A stretch of DNA of 64,000 nt, from assembly GCA_016840405.1 (NCBI GenBank), contig JAEOSK010000010.1, forward strand, positions 1 to 64,000. The letters are read 5' to 3'. Each line of letters begins with the position of its first letter. The first letter of the stretch is position 1. A program made the position numbers and the translations under genes. The DNA is from Candidatus Hermodarchaeum yapensis (GTDB lineage: Archaea; Asgardarchaeota; Hermodarchaeia; Hermodarchaeales; Hermodarchaeaceae). Of the stretch, positions 20,283 through 30,141 are shown piece after piece. The notes beneath the pieces were generated by a model. The model did not search any database. It was given only the letters and a program-made list of their open reading frames with translations, and was not told the origin of the DNA.

Positions 20283-21803
20283 ATGGCATCATCGGAACCC
20301 TGGTACATCACAAAGCTCCGTAAATTGGCGGATCCCCTCTTTTGGGTTCCTTTCATTGCCATTATGATTTTTAAACTCGCCATTTTTCATTACGCTTCAC
20401 TTAGTTATCTCCTCCTTGGACAACACCCCTCCTTCGGAATCCCTTTCGAACTAGGTGAATATTATTCCGATTTTACCTATTACTACATGGCTTTTGTCCG
20501 GTTGTTTGTCCAAGGAAACCTTCCCTACACGGAGGCGTTGTATACTATTAATAACGTTCAAGTCTACATCTATCCCCCTCTCTTTTTGTACATCCTCGGG
20601 GTTTTCTACTATATTCCCTCTGAACGGATGTTTCCCAACATTGTGTTTACTGCTGCATCACTTGGTCGAGACTTGGATTTTCTCCGGGTAGGATTTGCGT
20701 TTATCGTGTTCGATTTGGCTACCTGTGTGCTAATGTACATCACGGCTCGGAGATTAACCACCAAACGGGTGATTCCAGTGGTGGTGATGCTTTTGTATGC
20801 ATTGAATCCAGTGTCACTGTGGTGGGGGGACTATCTTTGGCTAAGTACACCAATTCACACCTTCTTTCTTGTGCTGGGATTTTACTTCATGATTCGCGGT
20901 GATCTCCGTTGGGCTGCCCTATGGATTGCGATTGGAACGATGGTGAAACAAACTGCGGCCTTACTGTTGCCTGTCATTCTGTTCTTGGAATACCGCCATG
21001 GTATGAAACGCGTGCTCACCTCTCTGGGAATCATGATAGGAGTAGCATTCGTTCTTTCAATGCCTTACCTTCTATTGTTCCCACTCGATTATCTTCAAGT
21101 AGCGATATCAGGAATGGGATCCTACTGGTTCTATGATGCTCCTCCTGCGGCCACTCATCCCGTACCAGTCTCCGCCTTTGCTGTTTTTTGGCCAGAACCA
21201 TTCAAATTTATTGTTATCGCCGCTGTGTTCAACGGAATTCCGTGGGCGGTATCTCTAGGTCTTCTTTGGTTATTGGCTTACCTTATCCCCGAACAGCCAA
21301 AACAACGGTATCGAGAGCAAGTCGTGTTTTTGGCATTGCTTCTTTCGTTGTCGTTACATATCTTCTGGGCTCGGGGAATCTACAAGTACTATCTCATTGC
21401 GATGTTACCATTCCTCATCTTGTTTGGAGCTGTCTTACAGGGACCGCTGATACCCTCTCGGTCACTAAGTTGTCCTTTTTCCTCCAGATTGCAGCAACGC
21501 TTCCCAGGTCTCCATGTATTGTTCAGTAAGTTGAGAATCCAATTTCAAAATCTTGGAGTGGCTATCGTAAATAATGTGGATACTTGGTGGTTTGTCATCG
21601 TCGGACTAGCGAGTATCGGAATCTTTGTGGTGCATCGGTACTATACTTCTCTCATTCTGCTCTTGTTGTTTTTGCCACTTATTGTATATGGTTTCTACCA
21701 TTATTATTGGCGGAAACGCCAGCACAAAAAGAACCTCCCCGATAAATCGCCGTCTCAACCAGTTCTTAACACAGATCGCCATCGCCCTTCTACTCGGGAA
21801 TAG
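20283..21803 (+). CDS. GT-C membrane glycosyltransferase (GT87/PIG-M-like)
   Basis: Many TM segments with a first-loop YYSDF...GNLPY...YIYPPLF, YALNP and KQTA. ATG 20283 is preferred as start. Confidence 0.75.
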   Translation: MASSEPWYITKLRKLADPLFWVPFIAIMIFKLAIFHYASLSYLLLGQHPSFGIPFELGEYYSDFTYYYMAFVRLFVQGNLPYTEALYTINNVQVYIYPPLFLYILGVFYYIPSERMFPNIVFTAASLGRDLDFLRVGFAFIVFDLATCVLMYITARRLTTKRVIPVVVMLLYALNPVSLWWGDYLWLSTPIHTFFLVLGFYFMIRGDLRWAALWIAIGTMVKQTAALLLPVILFLEYRHGMKRVLTSLGIMIGVAFVLSMPYLLLFPLDYLQVAISGMGSYWFYDAPPAATHPVPVSAFAVFWPEPFKFIVIAAVFNGIPWAVSLGLLWLLAYLIPEQPKQRYREQVVFLALLLSLSLHIFWARGIYKYYLIAMLPFLILFGAVLQGPLIPSRSLSCPFSSRLQQRFPGLHVLFSKLRIQFQNLGVAIVNNVDTWWFVIVGLASIGIFVVHRYYTSLILLLLFLPLIVYGFYHYYWRKRQHKKNLPDKSPSQPVLNTDRHRPSTRE

Positions 21804-21826
21804 AAAAGATTGGCGTGGTGCATGCG

Positions 21827-22096
21827 TTATTCAGTTGTTTTTGCTCCGCATCTTGGACAATAGGCTTCATACGGTTCGAGGAGTTGTTTCCCACACTGGG
21901 GACAATACTGCGGTTTTGAGTGTATAGGGTGCTCCATGGGTGGAGGTGGTTCTTCACGTCCCTGTAGGCCCCAGCAGAATAGCGGTGGAAAAAACAAGAA
22001 GATGAGCAAGGGAAAGCCAGGGATAATAAACCACAGAAAGATCATGAGAACTGAGAGGAGAATGCTGATGATACTTATCAGATGCCACCGATTCAC
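21827..22096 (-). CDS. Small membrane protein with a C-terminal zinc ribbon
   Basis: Hydrophobic N-terminal hairpin, PPPP linker, CPQCG...CPRCG. Confidence 0.75.
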   Translation of the reverse strand: MNRWHLISIISILLSVLMIFLWFIIPGFPLLIFLFFPPLFCWGLQGREEPPPPMEHPIHSKPQYCPQCGKQLLEPYEAYCPRCGAKTTE

Positions 22097-22129
22097 TGTT
22101 GTTGCCCCGTTTAATCCCTGTTCTAGATA

Positions 22130-22582
22130 TTAAAGCTGGTCGGGTAATTCTTCGGCATGTTCCCCAATTTTTTTGATAATATATTGTGATTTTCGAATTG
22201 CTTCTTTTGCACTAAACTCAGTATATTGAATTTCTTCGGGGGCAATTGGGGTTTTTCGTTTACTTTTGAGTTTCTCTTTTAATTCTTCAAGAAGGTGTTC
22301 TGTTTCACGAAGCGAGCTGATGGCTTCGGTCGAGGCGCCGATCACAAGTTGTGCCAGTTCTTTTGCTGGAGGAATTCCTTGCACCTTCGAGAGCTGGCTT
22401 CGGACTTCGATGAAATACTTCTTAATTTCAGATAACACGGTTCTAAGGTTGCCAACTGCATCAATCATTGATTTGAGTTGGTCTGCGCTTGTTAGGTTTT
22501 GAATTTCTGAAAATTCAGTTTCAAATTGATTGACCGTGGATTCGAGTCGGTCCTGCAATTGGAGCACATGGTCGTGACTCAT
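22130..22582 (-). CDS. Hypothetical alpha-helical bundle protein
   Basis: 150-aa ORF with a heptad pattern, starting 12 bp after the peptidase stop. Confidence 0.75.
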   Translation of the reverse strand: MSHDHVLQLQDRLESTVNQFETEFSEIQNLTSADQLKSMIDAVGNLRTVLSEIKKYFIEVRSQLSKVQGIPPAKELAQLVIGASTEAISSLRETEHLLEELKEKLKSKRKTPIAPEEIQYTEFSAKEAIRKSQYIIKKIGEHAEELPDQL

Positions 22583-22594
22583 GATATTATCTAC

Positions 22595-24640
22595 TCATTT
22601 GGCATTCTTAACTTTCTGTATTTCAATAAGGTCAAAGCTCTTGAGGATGTTAACGAGTCTGTCAACAGTGGTGATGTTTGCTGTGTCTCCGAATTCTGCT
22701 TCAAGAGCAGCTAATATTTCATAGAGTGTGCGGTGTCCATCCATGAAATTGGCTAATTCGGTAAGCACTTCTCCTATGCTGGGTTTATTGGGTGCCCAGG
22801 CTTCTTGGTGAGATCGAATCCATTCTGTATCTTCTGGTGTGGTGCGTCGCATGAGTTCGGTGAGATAAAGGGGTCCTTGGAATTTTCGGCGTGGAAGGAG
22901 TGTTTTTGCTTCGCGTTCCTTTTTGCGGAGGACAAGACGTTTCAACGGTGCATATCCAATGGATCGTGAGAGGAGGTCTTCGACTTGTCGGAGTTTTCGA
23001 ATTTCCTCTTGGCGTTCTTGGGCTAGGTCGTCGACCATGGTGTCGATGAATTGAGCGAGTTCCGAATCGTGGGGGCTAAGGACTCTGACACTTTGGAGGG
23101 CGGAGCTTTCTCTTCGGGTAATTTGGCGTATGCTTTCCATGGCTTTCCGGAGGGTGCGGGCAAGTTGGGCTCCACGATCGGCTTGCGAAATCGCTTCAAT
23201 GGCATAATGGACATAGCGTTGAGTGGTTTGGGTAATTCTGGTGTGTGCATTCGCATGGACTTGTGTGGCTATGAACATGGCGTCATCGGATTCTGCATAC
23301 GCTTGGGTTAGGAGTGTCACGAGGACAGCATATCCCACTCGTTTGAGTTGGGTTGCATCACATTTATCCACGGTATCTAGGCTGCTATGATAAAACGCGT
23401 CAGGCCAATGGTTGATCATGGGACATGGGACGCCAACTGTTGAATCGACAAACATGACGTGATCGCTGCCTCCTCCAAAACCTTTTGTTTCGTAATGGAA
23501 TGGCTGGGTGCCTCCATCGGGGGCTAGCAATCGGGGTTCGTTTCCAGCGGTGCTTAAATGGTAATCAAGGATATCATTGATGAAACTTGGTAAGGAATCG
23601 GGGGTACGGAGCAGGGTGAGGGTTCCACCACAAAGACTTGGGTTCTCTCCAACCATGTCACAATTGATTGCACTGAGTGTTCGATGGGCAAATTCGGGGT
23701 GAGCGTTAAGATAGGCGATGGTGCCATAGTATTCTGGCACCCAGAGGAAGCGAATCGTTCTGAGTGGTTGGGGGAGTTTTCCATCTTGGATAAGGGAGGT
23801 GATTGTTCGAGCCAATTCCATGAGTAATGCGCTGCCGCTCGCGTTGTCGTTGGCGCTTGGACGTGGATGGCAGAGATGAGCAATAAGTGCTACTTCTTCG
23901 GTGGGAAATTCTCTTCCTTCAATGACCGCGGTCAGCACGCGTTGCTCGCCTTTGAAGAGCTCTGCATCAACCTTTGCATGGACGAGAACTTCGTGTTCAG
24001 TCTCAATGAGTCGTCGAAGGCGAGTGCCAACCTTTCCGGACACAGAAAATGCGAAACCGACTTTATCTTTCTCTTTGGCATTGGGCCAAATCCCTTGGTA
24101 TGATACTAGCGTCGGATGTTTCGTGCGCCTTTCAAGGGGTGGATAATAAATGTGACCTAAGGCACCGTGTTTATACACGGCTTCTTTATGTACGAGTGAT
24201 GGGCGTCCTGTTGCTAGTACGATTTTTCCTTTCACATACACTTTGCGATAATCCTTCTCCCGGGTTCCGTCTTCGACGTAGACGAGGGGTGCAGTGACAT
24301 CGGCTTTTTGGCTGTGGGCAACGACACTTACTGGGGTTTCACTAAATCGGGCTAGGATTTCCGGTTTCGGGTTGACAAGCCGAAGCTCGCCGTCAGCAAT
24401 ACGCCATCCCATTGGGGCTGTCCATTCCCAGGTTCGGGTTTTTCCATCCGCAGGATAAGTTTCAACGTGTGTAGAAATACCGGGAAATTGATCGATGACC
24501 TGCTTGACATAATAGATGGCGTCATGAAATCCCGGTGATGCTTGGATTCGGTGAAATCGTGTGATTTCAGCCACAAAGTCTTTGGCAATTGCGCCAGATA
24601 ATTCTTCAATGATTACATCACGAAATTTGGTGTGGAACAT
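22595..24640 (-). CDS. M28-family aminopeptidase with PA domain (DUF4910-like) and a C-terminal wHTH-like region
   Basis: AHLCHP..SANDNASG, WVPEYYG, NCDMVG, GSDH, YHSSLD; PA domain VKGKIVL. Confidence 0.88.
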   Translation of the reverse strand: MFHTKFRDVIIEELSGAIAKDFVAEITRFHRIQASPGFHDAIYYVKQVIDQFPGISTHVETYPADGKTRTWEWTAPMGWRIADGELRLVNPKPEILARFSETPVSVVAHSQKADVTAPLVYVEDGTREKDYRKVYVKGKIVLATGRPSLVHKEAVYKHGALGHIYYPPLERRTKHPTLVSYQGIWPNAKEKDKVGFAFSVSGKVGTRLRRLIETEHEVLVHAKVDAELFKGEQRVLTAVIEGREFPTEEVALIAHLCHPRPSANDNASGSALLMELARTITSLIQDGKLPQPLRTIRFLWVPEYYGTIAYLNAHPEFAHRTLSAINCDMVGENPSLCGGTLTLLRTPDSLPSFINDILDYHLSTAGNEPRLLAPDGGTQPFHYETKGFGGGSDHVMFVDSTVGVPCPMINHWPDAFYHSSLDTVDKCDATQLKRVGYAVLVTLLTQAYAESDDAMFIATQVHANAHTRITQTTQRYVHYAIEAISQADRGAQLARTLRKAMESIRQITRRESSALQSVRVLSPHDSELAQFIDTMVDDLAQERQEEIRKLRQVEDLLSRSIGYAPLKRLVLRKKEREAKTLLPRRKFQGPLYLTELMRRTTPEDTEWIRSHQEAWAPNKPSIGEVLTELANFMDGHRTLYEILAALEAEFGDTANITTVDRLVNILKSFDLIEIQKVKNAK

Positions 24641-24862
24641 CGCTCGTCATCATCCTCTGAGTGACGCTGTGTTCTCTAAACCTACAAAAACCTAGCCTTT
24701 GGCATTCCTTTAGAAAATCTTTCTATGTTATTAGAATGAATTTCATTAAATCGGCAATGGGGAAATCTTAATTTCATCTAAATAATCCGCAATTGGTGTT
24801 TTCAGCCTCTCTGAATCTGCACCATCTTTAAAAGTTATAGTGGATATTGAGACTGTAAGAAG

Positions 24863-25816
24863 GTGAGGGTACTGTCCGTGCACCTCCAAATATATGATGT
24901 TGTTGAAACTGGAGAGCTTATGGAGCTATCAATTCCTAGGGAGCTCAAAACAGAGCTTGGTCCTGATCGAGTCCTCATCATTGTGAATGATGACGATCGG
25001 AAGATCTGGCTTTGGAAAGGAGCCGAAGCAGGTGTCCGCAAGAAGTTCATTGCAGCACGTCAAGGACAGGCAGTCCGTAGTCAACGTGGGCTTGTCTATA
25101 AAGTCATGTCGATTGATGGAGGAGAGGAACCAGACGATTTTCTCGCCTTGCTTGGTGAAAAACCGAAGGCGCCTGCACCCAAACGCGAAGTCGCAGTACA
25201 AGTCGATCTTCCGGACAAAACCATCGAGATAACGGCTGATGAACCTTCACCACCTCCAGCAAAGCCCAAACCTATGGCCAAGCCAAAGGTTACGGCACCC
25301 AAGCCTAAACCGGTAACAATGCCTGAGCCATCGAGTCAGCTTGGAATAGAATACAACGGTGCCGAACAACTATGGCCACAACGAGGAACCGTGTCCAGCA
25401 CTGTTCCTGCACCAGCCCAAGATGATATCGTTGGTCGCGTAGCCAACACATCACCACCTCCGGGGTACAGTCGCGAACTTGTTATCATCGGACAAGAAGT
25501 CTTTACATCCGTTGATCGAACAGTCACGTTTCTAGGAAAAACGCAGACCACTAGCCAACTTGAACGAACCCGAACTATCCCAGATGGCCCTTTCTTTGGC
25601 GGTGAATATACACCTCGAATCCTCGTGGAAGGTGGACGAGTACTAGCCACCGAATTTTTGAAGAAAAGCGATGAAAGCTCACATGGTCTACGGGAAGCTA
25701 CAGCAGAAGCTGATGTCGGAGAACTCATCGATATTTTCCGAATCACAACCGCGACCGCAGAGGTTGACGAAGCGAAAGAAAAACCCAAAAAGAAGAAGAA
25801 GAAAGCTTCCAAGTAA
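24863..25816 (+). CDS. Gelsolin-domain protein (Asgard 1DGelX-like)
   Basis: VLIIVNDDDRKIWLWKGAEAGVRKKFIAA...IDGGEEPDDFLALL matches the gelsolin repeat signature, followed by a Pro/Lys linker, a second globular domain and a poly-Lys tail. Confidence 0.82.
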   Translation: MRVLSVHLQIYDVVETGELMELSIPRELKTELGPDRVLIIVNDDDRKIWLWKGAEAGVRKKFIAARQGQAVRSQRGLVYKVMSIDGGEEPDDFLALLGEKPKAPAPKREVAVQVDLPDKTIEITADEPSPPPAKPKPMAKPKVTAPKPKPVTMPEPSSQLGIEYNGAEQLWPQRGTVSSTVPAPAQDDIVGRVANTSPPPGYSRELVIIGQEVFTSVDRTVTFLGKTQTTSQLERTRTIPDGPFFGGEYTPRILVEGGRVLATEFLKKSDESSHGLREATAEADVGELIDIFRITTATAEVDEAKEKPKKKKKKASK

Positions 25817-25959
25817 CAACCGGCTTCGCTCTTCTTGCTTGTTTTTTCCTAGTTCATGAAGATTTTAAGGCTATTATTGGAACTCTCCCTTTGTGCAATA
25901 ATATTAAAGGGTGCATTTGTTAGCACTCACCAAACAAATAACAACTGGAGAGAATTCCC

Positions 25960-27252
25960 ATGAGTCCGGCGTGTCGTAAATGTGGAGCAACCCTGAAGAA
26001 GGGTGCTCAATTCTGTAGAATGTGTGGAACCCCCGTATCACCTTCTCAAGTTCAGGCAAAGCAAGTTACTCCTTCTGGTCAAACTCAAAGGAAGTGTAGT
26101 AATTGTGGAAAAGACCTGAGGGGTTCTGAAAAATTCTGTACAGGTTGTGGAACAAGCATAGAAGAAGTGGCTCCCAGCCCAGTAGAGGGTATTGCTCCAG
26201 GAGCGTGTCCTAACTGTGGATACGCCAACAATCCTCCGGCTTCAAATTACTGTATTAATTGTGGACAAACACTTCCTGATGCATCACCTGCTCGCCCAAC
26301 ACCTGTGGAAGAAATCTCTGAAGCAGTTGAGCCAGTCGTTTGCTCATCTTGTGGAATAGAAGCAAAAAGCGGAGCCAAATTTTGTACATACTGTGGTGGT
26401 ACTCTCACTGTCGGTGAAACAGCAGCTGGTGAGCCTTCTGCAATGCCAGAAGAATCTCCGCCTGTCACTACTAAAATTCCTGATATTAAAACGGTTGATC
26501 CAATTCCTGTTTCTTCAGAGGCTTTAGCAAGCTTGATGGCTCGGGGTCGTCAACTAGTCTTGGAAGAAGAGTATGCGAAAAATGGGATAGAATCAGATAA
26601 ACTTCTTGACGAGCTAAGTAAAGCTGCGGCGGATAGTGATTTTGCCTTAGAAGACCTCATTGACTCTTACATCAATGAACGGGCTGAACTCGACCGACTT
26701 GAAGCCTTACATGAAAAAAGGGAAGTCAGTGAACGAGTTTATGAACGGCTATTGAAGGAATATGAAGAGAAGCTTGAAAAAATGGATAAAGAGATTCAGA
26801 AGGGAACTGACCAGCTTCAAGGATATCAAGTGCAAATTAAGCTTGACCACGCCAAAGTAAAAGAAGAACTAGAAACCATAAAGGCCCGAATGGTCATTGG
26901 GGATGACGTTGATGAAGGTGAGAAACAAACGGCGAAACTCGCCGAAAAGGCTGAACGGCTCAATTATGCTCTAATTGCCACCCAGCATATCCTCAAAAAA
27001 GAGTCGACCATGCGGAATGGTCCCCTAACCAGGTTCGAAGTAAAAGAAACAACCGTAGCGGATTCAAATGTAACAGCTGCTGAACCGGAACCCGAAGAAG
27101 AGGAAGACTCATCAGATCAGGAAACTGACACTTCTGAGCCACAACCCGAATCAAGGCAACCTGATGCCGAAGCTGGAAAAATCTGTACTCAGTGTGGTCG
27201 TGTTACTGCATCCGGAGCCCAATTTTGTATACATTGTGGAAGCCCACTGTAA
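25960..27252 (+). CDS. Multi-zinc-ribbon protein with a CdvA-like coiled coil
   Basis: Four N-terminal and one C-terminal CxxC...[FY]CxxCG ribbons. Coiled coil RLEALHEKREVSERVYERLLKEY...ELETIKARMVIGD. GGAG RBS upstream. Confidence 0.78.
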   Translation: MSPACRKCGATLKKGAQFCRMCGTPVSPSQVQAKQVTPSGQTQRKCSNCGKDLRGSEKFCTGCGTSIEEVAPSPVEGIAPGACPNCGYANNPPASNYCINCGQTLPDASPARPTPVEEISEAVEPVVCSSCGIEAKSGAKFCTYCGGTLTVGETAAGEPSAMPEESPPVTTKIPDIKTVDPIPVSSEALASLMARGRQLVLEEEYAKNGIESDKLLDELSKAAADSDFALEDLIDSYINERAELDRLEALHEKREVSERVYERLLKEYEEKLEKMDKEIQKGTDQLQGYQVQIKLDHAKVKEELETIKARMVIGDDVDEGEKQTAKLAEKAERLNYALIATQHILKKESTMRNGPLTRFEVKETTVADSNVTAAEPEPEEEEDSSDQETDTSEPQPESRQPDAEAGKICTQCGRVTASGAQFCIHCGSPL

Positions 27253-27267
27253 TTGGCACTCACGAAA

Positions 27268-27855
27268 TCATATTGTGATGCCTTGAGCATCGAGTTCTTC
27301 GAAGAAAGCATCCGTCATTTTCGCCCGATACTTAAATCCGCCCAATCCTGAAGCTAGCATAAGTGGGCGTATCTCTGTCAACAATTCTTCGCGACTTCGG
27401 AGCTGGACATCTGAAATCTCTCGGACATCCTTAGCACCTAATTGTCCTCCAACCACCCGGGCGAGGAACACATAAGAGACCCAGGGAATTGGGGGGCGGT
27501 CTCCACAAGAGAGTAACACGTGGGATTCTAAAACGAATCGATCGATTTCCACATCAAATCCGGTTTCTTCTCGAGCTTCCCGTTTTGCAGCGAGGATGAG
27601 GCTTTCTGACGGGTTAGCACCACCGGAGGGTGCTCGGACAATGCCGGTTTTTGAATAAGCGTGTTTTTCAATCACTACGATTTTTCCCTGGTGCTGAATG
27701 AAAATGGTGACATCGTGGTAGCGTCCACGTTTGGCGGAATCTTCAACTAAAACAAATTCTTCGGGGAGCATTTCCACGGCGAATTCCACACGCCGCGGCA
27801 CACCATAATCTTGGTGTAAGGCAGTTAGTTCTGTGTGGAACTCCTCATGCGCCAG
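27268..27855 (-). CDS. NUDIX hydrolase
   Basis: Nudix box GGANPSESLILAAKREAREETG. The start is uncertain; CTG at 27855 lies 8 nt after GAGGT (the ORF track starts at 27945). Confidence 0.85.
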   Translation of the reverse strand: MAHEEFHTELTALHQDYGVPRRVEFAVEMLPEEFVLVEDSAKRGRYHDVTIFIQHQGKIVVIEKHAYSKTGIVRAPSGGANPSESLILAAKREAREETGFDVEIDRFVLESHVLLSCGDRPPIPWVSYVFLARVVGGQLGAKDVREISDVQLRSREELLTEIRPLMLASGLGGFKYRAKMTDAFFEELDAQGITI

Positions 27856-28070
27856 TCTCAATAACCTCAAATGGCAAAAGAAGGCTCTCCCTAAAAGGCT
27901 GATGGAATGCCCACGTAACCGATGGAGTAAATCCAGAGGATACAAAGAAAAATCTGAATTAGATAAATCTTAGCGAAAAAATAGTATTTCCAAGCCTTAA
28001 TGCCTCTACATTAGCATTAAAATAATGAGCACCTTTATCTTAGCGGGGTTACCTCAAAGAGGTTGATGGA

Positions 28071-28499
28071 GTGCCCCGGTCAACTCGCGTTATCCTATGG
28101 GTAGTCATCCACCTAGCCTATGGAACATTAATCCTAGTGTATACTTATACTGAGAATTTAGCAAATATTGCTAGGATACTAGCTGGAATCCCCAGTTGGT
28201 CAAAACTCCCTGTATGGGTTGGGGTACCAGTTGAAATAATTGCCCTCCTACTTGCTGGCTGGACACTCAACCGACAATCATCTAAGGAATGGTACGCATG
28301 GATAACCATCTGCATCAGTCGTATCCTCGTGGGAATCATCTGGATACTAACACCTTACACCACAGGCTGGACCGGACCACCGCTTCCCGGACCACCTCCT
28401 TTCCTTAACTTAATAGAAATAGCCATGATTGGGTTGAACATCATCTTTCTCTTATGGATTTTAACGCAAAAAATCCACTACAACAATTCAGCCTGTTAA
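28071..28499 (+). CDS. Hypothetical 4-TM membrane protein
   Basis: Four hydrophobic segments, with a GAGGT RBS upstream of the GTG start. Confidence 0.7.
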   Translation: MPRSTRVILWVVIHLAYGTLILVYTYTENLANIARILAGIPSWSKLPVWVGVPVEIIALLLAGWTLNRQSSKEWYAWITICISRILVGIIWILTPYTTGWTGPPLPGPPPFLNLIEIAMIGLNIIFLLWILTQKIHYNNSAC

Positions 28500-28616
28500 A
28501 AGTCTAGCGCTTCAAAAATTATTTTGATTCAGAATTTTCATTGTATTCCGTAGAAATAGTGGGGAAGGGACGGGCTCTGGCAACCCGTCCATTCGACCTT
28601 ACGCTGTCGGTTTGGT

Positions 28617-29243
28617 CTATTCCCCGGAGGCTTGTTTGGGCTCTTCCTCTGGCTTCTTGGATTGTAGTTGAAGTTCCAAAATTCCATTGCGGAAGTGGGA
28701 TGAAGTAAGTTCAACAGGAGTTGGAAGTTCCAGTTCACGAAAGAGGTTCCCTTGAACCCATAGTTTTAGAAAATGTCCATCCACATGAATTTTGACATCA
28801 TCGGTATGAGTGGCAGGAGTATCAAAGATAGCAGTATAGCCATCATCGGTGTCGATAATGTCAATCAGGTAGTCTCTCTCTTTGAGTTGAACTTCAGGCT
28901 GTGGACCTGGAAATGGACGATCTGGGGATAACGGATCGGGAATGGGAGAAGGACGACGATCCTGGGGTGGGGGTGGAATCATAAACGTGAAAGGTGAGTC
29001 TTCCATCTGCTTTTCCAATTTCTTCCGAGCTTCAGGAGGAAGGTTACTCCACTCTTGAGTTCGAACGCGACCATCTGGACCAACTGTTGTAGTTCGACCA
29101 TATACAATGGGTCCAATACGCTTGGTGCGAATGTTGTTACGCTCTTCAATGTGGGGTCGGAGTGTAGCATCAGGGATTTGACCAGTTTCTATCATGCGGC
29201 GGAAGAGTTTGATAATTTCGTTAAATTCGTCAGAGTTGATCAT
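28617..29243 (-). CDS. hsp20: Small heat-shock protein (archaeal Hsp20)
   Basis: GPIVYGRTTTVGPDG motif and alpha-crystallin end ELPTPV...SHFRNGILELQL; GGAGG RBS. Confidence 0.85.
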   Translation of the reverse strand: MINSDEFNEIIKLFRRMIETGQIPDATLRPHIEERNNIRTKRIGPIVYGRTTTVGPDGRVRTQEWSNLPPEARKKLEKQMEDSPFTFMIPPPPQDRRPSPIPDPLSPDRPFPGPQPEVQLKERDYLIDIIDTDDGYTAIFDTPATHTDDVKIHVDGHFLKLWVQGNLFRELELPTPVELTSSHFRNGILELQLQSKKPEEEPKQASGE

Positions 29244-29264
29244 TCGTGTTTTGCCTCCTATATA

Positions 29265-29368
29265 CTCACATTATGTGACTAACTTGATGTGTGTAATACT
29301 CCTTTTTAAAGTTTTCCAAAAAGACCGTAACACTAAATATACTCAATATGTCACTAACATATAGTGAG
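29265..29368. promoter_or_regulatory. HSR1-like operator boxes between hsp20 and the ArsR regulator
   Basis: CTAAC-N5-GTGAG (29354-29368), CTCAC-N5-GTGAC (29265-29279) and CTAAC-N5-GTGTG (29279-29293), compared with the Archaeoglobus HSR1 site CTAAC-N5-GTTAG. TATA-like TTTAAA at 29305-29310. Confidence 0.6.
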
Positions 29369-29395
29369 TGAAAAAACAAATGGAAGTGCACTACC

Positions 29396-29932
29396 CTGTC
29401 ACATGATAACCAACTTGACGATAACATCCGCCTTTTTTGGCTTTTAGGCAATCCCACACGCTTTGAAATTCTTCGCCGGTTAGCACGTGAACCCATGTTC
29501 CTTGGTCAACTTAGTCGAGAATTATCAGCTCATCAACAGGCCCTCCTTCGACACCTCGATGAGCTCATCGAAAAAGGATTTCTTGAAACCTATGAGGATG
29601 AAAGCATTCGTGGGCCCCCACGGAAATATTATCGACTAACCAAAACCATCCGATTATCAGTGCACATTACTCCCACGGGCGTGCGGGTGGTTCGAATTGT
29701 GCCAGGAGGTCGACGACCACGGACAATTCAAGAAGTGATTAAACGGAATTATCCTGAACTTGCCCAAATTATTACACGCGCCCAACGACTCCGGGCAATC
29801 CCTGATCCCTTAAATCGCAAACGTGCCGCTATTGATATTATCCAGCAACTGGAAGCAAAGACGAAGGAAATACAGGATGTGAATAAGTTTCTGGATTCTG
29901 TGATTTCCGCACTCCAAAAGGATTATCTCTAA
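29396..29932 (+). CDS. ArsR-family heat-shock regulator (Phr/HSR1-like)
   Basis: The frame is open upstream of ATG 29495 and encodes LLGNPTRFEILRRLAREPMF. wHTH with GPPRKYY and a C-terminal coiled coil. CTG 29396 is the best start candidate after the in-frame TGA at 29369. Confidence 0.85.
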   Translation: MSHDNQLDDNIRLFWLLGNPTRFEILRRLAREPMFLGQLSRELSAHQQALLRHLDELIEKGFLETYEDESIRGPPRKYYRLTKTIRLSVHITPTGVRVVRIVPGGRRPRTIQEVIKRNYPELAQIITRAQRLRAIPDPLNRKRAAIDIIQQLEAKTKEIQDVNKFLDSVISALQKDYL

Positions 29933-30141
29933 GCCTTCCACAAACACTTTTTAAGTAGGCTACGAAGGGGTCAAGTACACAGGGAAATCGAGGAACCGAT
30001 GCAATTGCATTCAGTACCAACCAGATTGCTTTCCGATCTAACTAGAGGGGGTTGACCACCTCACAAAAGGTCATACTTAGACTCGATTTTCTTCACCTAT
30101 ACACTGGTAAGGTAAATTCAAACAAAGTATGGATGTGTGTG

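Noticed and set aside
21827-22096. PGF tripeptide as an archaeosortase A sorting signal
   Set aside because: It lies in an N-terminal hydrophobic hairpin, not before a C-terminal TM helix and basic tail.
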